Origin: Chrysomallon squamiferum
Taxonomy: Eukaryota; Animalia; Mollusca
Assembly (NCBI GenBank): GCA_012295275.1
Contig: CM022679.1
Span: 1,116,001-1,180,000, forward strand
Length of the DNA: 64,000 nucleotides
Direction of reading: 5' to 3'
The position numbers were made by a program, and so were the translations under genes. Positions within the stretch are counted from its first letter, which is position 1. The number at the start of each line of letters is the position of its first letter. The notes under the pieces are model-generated. The model searched no databases. It had not been told where the DNA came from and worked only from the letters and a program-made list of their open reading frames with translations. Below, one piece after another: positions 11,948 to 23,546 of the stretch.

Positions 11948-13840
11948 ATGATTCGTTTTCTCCTTCTTCTGAGTCTTCCGATTTTTCCAGTGGGTAAGAA
12001 AGTGTTTCTCTGAAGCAGACCAAGCTGTAACTTACTGTAGATAGTCTGTGAATGAAAATTATTTATTTAGACGGGTAACGTTGTGAGTGACAAGAAGCTG
12101 TAGAGACCCTAACTGATCCATATATGAAAAATATATCAGTTTTGTCATAGCTAAAAGTTCAGTGTCTGTGTGTGTGTGTGTGTATCGGTCTGTGTCTGTG
12201 TTTATTTGTTTATTTATTTATTTATTTACTTATTTATTTATTTATTTATTTATTTAAGAGAGTCAATTCTTTGAAAGTCGTTCTATAGGAGGTAGACCTA
12301 TTATAAAAGGCGAGAAGCCATGGCTTGTACTCCTCGAGGCTAAGATGGTCCATGACAGATTCCTCTGGCATGTTAAATCATACACCGTCTATTTCTGCAG
12401 TGGTTCTGTCATCAGTGACTACTGGATCCTTTCTGCCTCCCACTGCTTCGAAGACCGGTATTCAGTTCTAAAGCCACATAATTAAGTTTGATACCTAATA
12501 GTAATTATAATGTACGTACTAGTGGTTGCAGTAACGGTTGTCGTGGTGGTATTAATGGTAATGGTAGTAAAAATGGAAATTCCAGGACAGCAGTAGTGGT
12601 GGTCGTCGTCGTAGTGGTACTAATAGGAGTACTATTATTAATGGTGGTGGCTGTTGTGGTAGTAACAGTTGTAGTAGTACGAATAATGATGGTGGTTGTA
12701 GTAGTGGGGGAGGTGGTAGCAATAATACTAGTAATACTAGTAATGGTGTGGTGGTAGTAGATATAGTAGTAATAATAGTAGTGGTATTGGTGTTAGTAGT
12801 AATGTAGTAGTAATCTAGTACTGGTGGTGGTAGAACTAGTAGTGGTGGTGGTAGTGTGGGTAGTAGTAATAAAAGTAGTCTTATTAATGGTGGTGGTGGT
12901 TATAGTAGTAATAGCAGTAGTAGTAGTAGTAATGGTGTTGGTGGGTGGATTGGTGGTAATGGTATTGGTGGTTGAAATAGTAATAATAGTAGTAGTAATA
13001 GTAGTAGTAGTAGTAATAGTAGTAGTAGTAGCAGTAATAGTAGTAGCAGTAGTAATCGTGGTCGTTGGGGGTGGTAGTTTATTGGTGGTAGTAGTTGTTA
13101 CGGTAGTGTTACTGGTGGTGGTAGTAGTTGTAGTAGATGTAGAAGTAGTAATAATAGTCCTAGTAGTGTTCATAGTGGTAGTGATGGTAGTAGTGATAGT
13201 TGTAGTACAAAAATTAATATAAATTTGTTTTGTTCCAGACCTGAATTACGTATAGGACGATACTGGACAGTAAAACTCGCCACCATCAAACTGAAGGTAA
13301 AAACATATCAATACACAATAGTGTGTATGTACGAACTGTGTATGTAGGTATATATGTATATATATTTATACAGTTGTTGCTGACACCATGTTGCTGCCAA
13401 CCTGCCGATGATGTGGAAGTAAAAGTGGGAGTATCTGCTCATCGTCGGGGCTGGCGGCTGACTTCCCGTACCCGATTACTGACGGTCCTGGCACTAATTT
13501 GTCACAACCCAGGCTAGTTTGTTCACTTGACGTCCTAGCACTAATTTGTCACAACCCAGGCTATTTTGTTCACTTGACGTCCTGGCACTAATTTGTCACA
13601 ACCCAGGCTATTTTGTTCACTTGACGTCCTGGCACTAATTTGTCACAACCCAGGCTATTTTGTTCACTTGACGACAAACGCGGACGTTTAGCCTTTGGCA
13701 AGAGAACCTTCAAGAAACATCGATCAGAGGGTAACCATCTCTTCCTATGAAGCACGCCGGTCATGCGTAGTTACTTTCTTCCATTAATATATGTATGTGT
13801 GTATATATATGTAGATATATAGATATATATATATATATAT

Positions 13841-13878
<38 letters not shown>

Positions 13879-15899
13879 CTGTGCGTTTTCCTATGTCTGT
13901 GTATGTTACAACATGCTACTTATTTTCATTTATTTTCATCATCATCAAGGACGAAAAAAAGGGCGTCCCAAGGTACTTTGGAGAAAGAGTCATACCATCT
14001 GCCTCGAACCAGTGGAACGTCCAAGCCTCACGAATTATAATGCATCCATTATATAGAGAAGGTGAGTAGTGACATGTATTCGAAATATCTACACTAGCTC
14101 TACAGTATCTTGCATCCACGTCTATATTTACATCACACATCTCTACATTAACTTACATACACATCTGTATTTACATATGATATCTCCACATTAATTTTCG
14201 TATATATCTGTGTTTATATATCATATCTCAACATTAACTTATATACACCTCAGTCTGTACATAACTCTCTAGGGTGGAGATTATCGCTGATTTAACACAG
14301 CGAAATCTGCACAGTTTGATTACCTTTCCCTCGTAGACCGCGACGATCTACATGAGAGAGAAAGCCATTGTATCTCTGTGTTGATTTCTGATATTACACA
14401 TGTTAATCTTACGGTGCTTAATTTGACAGGTGCTACTATTATCATTATCATACTTATTAGCAGTAGTGGTATTGTTGTTGTTGTTGTTATTATTACTATT
14501 ATCCCATTTAACATCATCATTAATACATGTATTATTATTATTATTATTATCACTGTTATTTATTAACTAATTAACTGATTAATTAATTAATTTATTTATT
14601 TGCTCTCTAATGACAAACTGAGATATTTGTTATTTTTATTTTAACTGTAACTTAGGCTTTCCATTGTTGTAGTTATTTCTGTTACCGTCATTGTTGTCTG
14701 GCTCATATTGCAGACCTCAGTGACCACGACATTGCCCTTGTGCAACTGTCCAAAAGGGTACCTTCTGGAGGTACAAACAGATACATCCGGAAAATAGACT
14801 TGCCGAGAAGAAATGAACTATTCCCTGTTGGTACGATGTGTTCCCTTAGTGGCTGGGGATGTACCAGAAAAGGTTGGTTCAGTGAATCGTTATTCTCCTT
14901 ACTTTGTACAGAAGTTTGATAATGTTGAACAAATTATATCGAAAATTGTGGCACCATTATCCAAGATGACTTCTGTTGAATAGAAAAATTACAATTGTAA
15001 TACTGTTTTCCAATTAAAGAAGTTTCAGTTCGTTTTCTATGAACGGGAATCAAACGTGATTAACAAAATGGATTTCATGTCTTTTGATATTTTTTTAAAT
15101 GTCCTTGATCCAATTTCGCTATGAAGTAATGAAAGAACCTCCAGCTAACCGAAAGAAAAAGGTTGCTGTAAAACAAATTACTTTTTTGTTTCTTGTAGGT
15201 GGACATGCGTCACCCGTGGCACGGACAATAACAATTCCAATACTACGCAGCTCAACCTGCTATAAATTGTATCAAGAAAACATGGAAAAGAAAGTATGTG
15301 CCGGTTACATAAACCAAGGGATTTCAGCCTGTAGTGTAAGTAAATACAGTCACATACCCCCAATACTCTCTCTCTCTCTCAGATGCATGCGTGCACTCAC
15401 ACACACACGCACACACGCACAGACACACAGACACAAGAACCACTGCTACTACAAATATAAGTTTAAACGTACGTTATCGACCTGTTATATTATTATAAGA
15501 GGTACTCTACTGCTACCAAACTCATCATGTCACTAGTGTTATATTATTATTACGATCAGTACTTTTTTTTATATTATTATAAATACGTACTGCTATCAAA
15601 AATTCACCAGTGTCACTACTGTTATATTATTATAAAAATGATTAATCCACAATCATATTAATCAGTGTCACTACTGTCATATTATTATAAAGATAATAAT
15701 ACTACTATCATATTAATCAGTGTGAGTTCTGCTTTGTTTTAAGGGTGACAGCGGTGGAGGTCTGGTTTGTGTAATGCACAGCAGAACTGTTGTAGTCGGC
15801 GCGTTGTCGTTCGGGAGCCTCGATAGACCATCACAACTGCCGAACGTCTTCATAGCTGTCAGTCAGTACATGGACTGGATCAGAAGATATGTCAGATGA
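11948..15899 (+). CDS. SP2: secreted S1A serine protease, recent duplicate of SP1, 288 aa
   Basis: Exons 11948-11993, 12259-12457, 13239-13296, 13950-14061, 14714-14872, 15199-15335, 15744-15899; triad LSASHC / HDIAL / ISACSGDSGGG intact. Confidence 0.93.
13373..13700 (-). mobile_element. Tc1/mariner relic in SP2 intron 3
   Basis: Duplicate of 2538-2920 with 4 copies of the 47-bp unit. Confidence 0.7.
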
Positions 15900-16366
15900 T
15901 ATCATTTCCTGTCATCTGACACTGGTGCATTTCAGCCAAATTGTCATTTAAAGCCATGGAAACAACTATAACTATTGTTTCTTTGTAATAATTGTTTTGA
16001 AATATGTTTTAAAACATATACTTTTTGACATTTTCAGTTATCTATCTGTCTATCTATCTATCTATTTATCTATCTATATATATTTTTTTTCAGTAATCTA
16101 TCTATCTATCTATCTATCTGTCGATCTATATACATATATGTGTGTAAATTTAATAGATAGACAGATAGTTAGATAGATAGATAGATATACAGATAGATAG
16201 ATAGATAGACAGATAGATAGATAGATTGCTGAAAATGTCAACATATATATGTCAACTGCAAACTGGTAGTTAAAGTATTCATAACGTTTTAAGAATTAAA
16301 ATAATCTAAAATCAGTTTTGGGAATCTTCTGAAAGTGTAGAATGTAAGAAAATGCGCCATCATGTG

Positions 16367-16423
<57 letters not shown>

Positions 16424-16920
16424 ACGCACACACTCATGCATACACACAAACACATGCATACAGTAGGCACTTACTGTCGTGAAATGGCATAATAATAAAT
16501 ATCGCATCTAATGACAGTAGTTTGATCACAAGTTTGATGGGATAATGGTTTGTTCACAATCGATACGGACAAACATATTACTTTTTCACTTGAAATTGTA
16601 TCTCATAGGAAAAACAAAACTATATGCTGATTCGGACAGTTAGTGTAACACAAATATAGTCGCAAGTCAGGAACACTCGGTCACAGCATTTTGCAGACAC
16701 AAACCTTTCTAACACTAGGGCCTCGTTCTGACATACCTGCTGTGGCGTCGTATTTCGTTATTAATTAAGACCGGATAGGAGAAGGGAACAAAAATCGAAA
16801 TGAAAAACAAAACAAATACCATAAAATTTTGAAATATGATGAATATATGTATTGAAAAAGTAACAGTTTAAAGACAGGTTCAGTTGAAAAAAAAAAAAAT
16901 AATAATAATAATAATAATAA

Positions 16921-17013
<93 letters not shown>

Positions 17014-17101
17014 AATAAATAAATAAATCAGTAAATTTACACATCATTTGAAAGCACACCAAAGCCGCGCTGTGTTATGTAAAAGGTAATCGTAAAACCT
17101 G

Positions 17102-17315
17102 ACCACGTCACTTGTTTACTTCATCATCGTCAGCATGATTCGTTTTCTCCTTTTTCTGAGTCTTCCGATTTTTCCAGTGGGTAAGAAAGTGTTTCTCTGA
17201 AGCAGACCAAGCTGTAACTTACTGTAGATAGTCTGTGAATGAAAATTATTTATTTAGACGGGTAACGTTGTGAGTGACAAGTAGTGATCCTAACTGATCG
17301 ATATATGAAACATTG
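17102..17315 (+). pseudogene. Orphan exon 1 (17135-17180) plus intron-1 start
   Basis: MIRFLLFLSLPIFPV|gtaag; duplicate of 6444-6655. Confidence 0.8.
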
Positions 17316-18146
17316 TTTAACCTTCCAGTTACTCACTGGAATCACTGTCATTCTCTTGACAAATATATCCACTTCTTTTAAAACAGAAAAAACAGAGAAA
17401 ATATATAAAAAGAATATAAATTTTTGTTAGCTATAATTCTTTGTTTTCGTCAGTAAGAAAAATAAATATTCACGTCGAGACACATATCATAGAAAACACT
17501 AACATAATAACACTAATGTTGTTATTTTGGCATGGAAGACTGGAATGACATCATAACAGCTTCAAAACAGCCTCATTATCGTTACATCCAAGTTCTTTCA
17601 GTGTGTGTTGATGACGGAAATTTATAAGTCGATAGATCATTTTTACCTGTTTCTCTGGTTCGGTTTATTTTCGGATTTTCAATCATTTTTTTATAAGAAT
17701 TTTCACCTAACTGATGTTTGATTTGATTATGCTTTTAAACATATGGCAAATTTACGTAACATTTAGAGTTTGGGAATTCGCCATTTCCGAAAAAAATTGG
17801 CGTTAGGAATGTTAATGAATAGATGTGATGTAGATTTTATATAATATTTTATTTATTCATTTACTTTTACTGAAGTGAAACTTTATTGAGATGTGAAATT
17901 TCCTGTCACCTTCCCGAGTGTTGTTCGTCTGTTTTTTTTTTAAGTTTCCCTGAATAAAATCATTTTAGTGACTTAATAATATAAGCAAACTCTCGAGCAA
18001 AAATGGTTTTCTACTTGTGTAAAAAGTAATATGATTTAGCCGTATCGATATTAAACAAACCATTCTCCCATCCTGGATGTGAAATTTCCTGTCACTTGTT
18101 ATCCGAGTTCCCGAGTGTTATTATTATTTAATTAATTAATTAACTA

Positions 18147-18196
<50 letters not shown>

Positions 18197-18512
18197 GTTA
18201 TTATTTTTAGTTATTTTTTTATTTTTTTATTTTTTATTTTTTTTTTTTTTTATTTGAACTAATTGATCAATCGCAAACATATTGTATCATAAAAAAGGTG
18301 CTTTTCTTTCCAATTATATGAATAAGAATAAGTCAGACTAACTTCTACTCCTCTTTCTTTTCCCATCGTTTTTCTTCTGTTTTTATGACATACCTGTTTA
18401 AAGACTTATAAGAGGAATTATAATGTTTTATTGACATTTAATTTCTTATTTAGTGTTTTTTTTTGGGGGGTTAACAGACAATTTCGCTGAAATGTAGCAG
18501 TATGACATGACA

Positions 18513-21500
18513 TCAGCTGATAAGGTTCCTGATCCAATCAATGTAGGCGCTGACCCTTATATAGAGAGCCGGTTTATCTAGCGGGCTGTGCATGGTTCCA
18601 GTGGACAACACGCCCACTGCGTAATACCTGTTCCTTTTTCTACAAACCAGCGAGGCACCGCTGTCACCCTTGAAATAATCAAACAGAACTATTAGTATTA
18701 TAGCAGTATTATCATTTTTATAATGTATAAGTTAGTGACACTGATTAACATTATAGCAGTATTATCATTTTTATAATGTATACGTTAGTGACACTGATTA
18801 GTATTATAGCAGTATTATCATTTTTATAATTTATAAGTTAGTGACACTGATTAACATTATAGCAGTCTTATCATTTTTATAATGTATATGTTAGTGACAC
18901 TGATTAGTATTATAGCAGTATTATCATTTTTATAATGTATACGTTAGTGACACTGATTAGTATTATAGCAGTATTATCATTTTTATAATTTATAAGTTAG
19001 TGACACTGATTAGTATTATAGCAGTATTATCATTTTTATAATGTATATGTTAGTGACACTGATTAGTATTATAGCAGTATTATCATTTTTATAATGTATA
19101 CGTTAGTGACACTCATTAACATTATTATCATTTCTATAATGTATAAGTTGGTGACACTGATTAACATGATAGTATATTATCATTTTTACAATAATATAAC
19201 AGTAGTGACACTGATTAATGTGATACTATATTATCATTTTTTTTTAACATTGTGAGAGTAATATGATAGTAGTATCGTTATTTTTATAATAATATACTAA
19301 TACTGATAGTAATTAATATGATAGTAGTATTTTTCAGTTTTACAATAATGTAACAGTAGTGACACCGATTAATATGACAGTAGTATTATAATAATGTAAT
19401 AGAGGTGACACTAATGAGTATGATAAGAGTACTAATAATATAACAGTTTGGTAACGTACGTCTATACTTGTCTGTGTAGTAGCGGTTGTATGTGTGTGCA
19501 TGTTTGAATGCATGTATGTATGTGTGTACTTGTGTAAGTTTGTACGTATGTGTGTATGTGTGAGAGGGAGAGTGTTTGCTGTATGGTTGTTGGTTTCCTC
19601 ACAGCAGTGATTCCAATTCCTCTGCCGATGTAACCGGCACATATTTTCTTTCCGACTGGGAGATTATAGAAAGAAATACAGTCTGCAATATTTAATATTG
19701 GGAGGTCTACGGTTTGTGCAATTCGTGTCCAACTGCGATCTACAAAAAACAAAAAACAAAAACAAGCCAAGCAAATGTGAATATCTTGCTATATCTGTGA
19801 ACATTTACTCACTGCATTTTGGTACATTTTAGTTTGGAGATGCGAAATATTTCTTTGTTTAAATAGTTACCTATCTTTATTTAAGAATGTTGTTACGTAA
19901 GACTGAAATATATAGTGTATGTTTGAAATTATAAAAAAACGAAACAATAAAGAAGTATAATAATGTATGTATAGATTCGTGATCCTTGCAAAGTTTGACT
20001 TTACATTTGCGACATGTTGTAAATGATGAAAATCGATTCGTGTCGACAGAAGGAGACAACGCAGTAGTAATATTTACATACTGGAAATAAACCTGATTCC
20101 ATACAAACATTAATTTACAGTTATTACTGGGGATAATAAAGCCGGAATAGAGCGGACATTTTTAAATATGCGTTTTCTTCCCAATCTGCGCAAATATTGG
20201 ATTCAAAACGTAAAAGTAATTTGTTTTAAAGAAATATTTTCTCTTTGGTTAACTGGAGGTTCACTTATTATTTCAAAGCACAGCTGGATCAAGTAAATTT
20301 TAAAACATATCAAAAGATCTGAAAGCCATTATTTTTAATCACGTTTGACAGCCGCTCATAGAAAAGAGACTAAAAAACTATTTAACTGGAGAACACTGTT
20401 AACGTTATAATTTTTCTTTTCATCGGAAGTGATCTTTATATTAATTTCCTATATAATTTGTTCAACATTATCAAATATCTGCACAAACTAAGGAGAATAA
20501 CGCTTCACTGAACCCACAGTGTGTAGCATTTCCAAAGCCAGTGACGGAACACATGGTACCAATAGCGAACGTTTCATTTCTTCTCGGCAAGTGTACTTTC
20601 TGTATGAATCTGTTTGTACCATCTACAGGTACACTTCTGGCCATTTTCACAAGGGCAATGTCGTTCATATACCCCCCTGCAATATGAGACAGACAGCAAT
20701 GAAGGTAACATAAATAACATTGGAAAGTCTAAGTTACAGTTAAAACAAAAAGAACAAATATCTCAGTTTGTCATTGTAATATTTGTAATTTCAGAACTAC
20801 CAGACAGAGCTACAATGATTTTCTTCTCTCACGTAGATCATGTATTTTGGAATGCTAATAGAACTGTGCAGATTTCTATGCTGAGTCAGCGATAATCTCT
20901 AAAAAATTAGGTTGACATCTGGTGTGTAATTACAGATGGTATGAATCTTCATGCAGAGATGTGAATCTATGTTAGTGTAGAAAGTGTTATATAAACTGTT
21001 ATATGTCTCAGTTAATGTAGAAATATCTTATGTAAATATAGTCATGGAGGTGTGTCAATACAGAGATGCAATGTCTAAATATAGAAGTGGGTGCACGCTA
21101 ATGATCATATATAAATATAGAGGCTGATGTAAATTAATGTAGAAATGTATTATGTAAGTATAGATGTGCATGTAAGTTACTTAAGGCATCAAATATGTAA
21201 AGACAGTAGACCGGTTTTATATAAATATAGATATATATGTAAATTAACTAATATGTTATGTAAACAGATGTGTATATAAGTTAATGTTGAGAGGAGTTAT
21301 ATGAATACAGGTGTTTGTTTAAGTTAATGTCGAGAGTGTGATTTGAATGTAGGTGTTTAATGTTAACATAGATGTGCTTGTAAACAAATGTGGAGATATG
21401 TTTTGTAAATATTAATGTGTATTATGAGATGTGATATGTTAATAAATGTGAATGTAAGTTAATGTAGAAATATGCTATGTTAATATAGATAGGCATTTAA

Positions 21501-23499
21501 ATTAATCTAGATAAGTGTGATATAACTGTAGATGTATATGTAAGTTAATGTAGAGATGTGTCATACAAATACAGATGTGAATGTAAGTTAATGTAGAGGT
21601 GTGATATGTGAATATAGATGTCGATGTAAATTAATGTACAGCTAGTGTAACTTCTCACTTTCATGAAAGTGTTCATGTAAATGAATTACTGAGACTAGTG
21701 TAACTTCTCACTTTCATGAAAGTGTTCATGTAAATGAATTACTGAGACTAGTGTAACTAAGACTAGTGTAACTGAGACTAGTGTAACTGCTCACTTTCAT
21801 TAAAGTGTTCATGTAAATGAATTACTGAGACTAGTGTAACTAAGACTAGTGTAACTGAGACTAGTGTAACTGACACTAGTGTAACTGAGACTAGTGTAAC
21901 TGCTCACTTTCATGAAAGTGTTCATGTAAATGAATTACTGAGACTAGTGTAACTGAGACTAGTGTAACTGACACTAGTGTAACTGAGACTAGTGTAACTG
22001 AGACTAGTGTAACTGAGACTAGTGTAACTTCTCACTTTCATGAAAGTGTTCATGTAAATGAATTACTGAGACTAGTGTAACTGAGACTAGTGTAACTGAG
22101 ACTAGTGAAACTGCTCTTTCATTAAAGTGTTCATGTAAATGAATTACAGAGACTAGTGTAACTGAGACTAGTGTAACTGAGACTAGTGTAACTGCTCACT
22201 TTCATTAAAGTGTTCATGTAAATGAATTACTGAGACTAGTGTAACTGAGAGAAGTGAAACTGCTCTTTCATTAAAGTGTTCATGTAAATGAATTACTGAG
22301 ACTAGTGTAACTGAGACTAGTGTAACTGCTCACTTTCATGAAAGTGTTCATGTAAATGAATTACTGAGACTAGTATAACTGCTCACTTTCATGAAAGTGT
22401 TCATGTAAATGAATTACTGAGACTAGTGTAACTGAGACTAGTGTAACTGAGACTAGTGAAACTGAGACTAGTGTAACTGAGACTAGTGTAACTGAGACTA
22501 GTGTAACTGCACACTTTCATGAAAGTGTTCATGTAAATGAATTACTGAGACTAGTGTAACTGAGACTAGTGAAACTGAGACTAGTGAAACTGCTCACTTT
22601 CATTAAAGTGTTCATGTAAATGAATTACTGAGACTAGTGTAACTGAGACTAGTGAAACTGCTCACTTTCATTAAAGTGTTCATGTAAATGAATTACTGAG
22701 ACTAGTGTAACTGAGACTAGTGTAACTGAGACTAGTGAAACTGCTTACTTTCATTAAAGTGTTCATGTAAATGAATTACTGAGACTAGTGTAACTGAGAC
22801 TAGTGTAACTGAGACTAGTGTAACTGCTCACTTTCATGAAATTGTTCATGTAAATGAATTACTGAGACTAGTGTAACTGAGACTAGTGTAACTGAGACTA
22901 GTGAAACTGAGACTAGTGTAACTGAGACTAGTGTAACTGAGACTAGTGTAACTGAGACTAGTGTAACTGCACACTTTCATGAAAGTGTTCATGTAAATGA
23001 ATTACTGAGACTAGTGTAACTGAGACTAGTGAAACTGAGACTAGTGAAACTGCTCACTTTCATTAAAGTGTTCATGTAAATGAATTACTGAGACTAGTGT
23101 AACTGAGACTAGTGAAACTGAGACTAGTGAAACTGCTCACTTTCATTAAAGTGTTCATGTAAATGAATTACTGAGACTAGTGTAACTGAGACTAGTGAAA
23201 CTGCTCACTTTCATTAAAGTGTTCATGTAAATGAATTACTGAGACTGCGACGTCCCACTGGTGACTGGTGTTAACTGCGGACGCGTTTGGAAAGTAGCTG
23301 AGTACTCGTTGAACGTAATCATCCTTCGTGATGATAATGAAATGAAAACAAAAAAAGTAGCATGTACACATGTTCTTACATACAAACAAATAGGAAGACA
23401 GATACATATAGACGCTTTCCATATATAAATAAATACATGCATATATACCTAGATGTACACACATAGACACGCACATACACTTTCATATTTAAACACCCC

Positions 23500-23546
<47 letters not shown>

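Larger units (their letters stand above)
11154..17910 (+). repeat. Recent tandem segmental duplication of 1-~7330
   Basis: The sequence at base 1 (acatcatctgacaaacc) recurs at 11154. It stays collinear through the orphan exon 7, SP gene and orphan exon 1 to tttcctgtcacc (7321-7332 vs 17899-17910). Confidence 0.93.

Noticed and set aside
21643-23246. CRISPR-like repeat/spacer appearance
   Set aside because: The 'spacers' are themselves identical copies, there are no cas genes, and the context is a spliceosomal intron.
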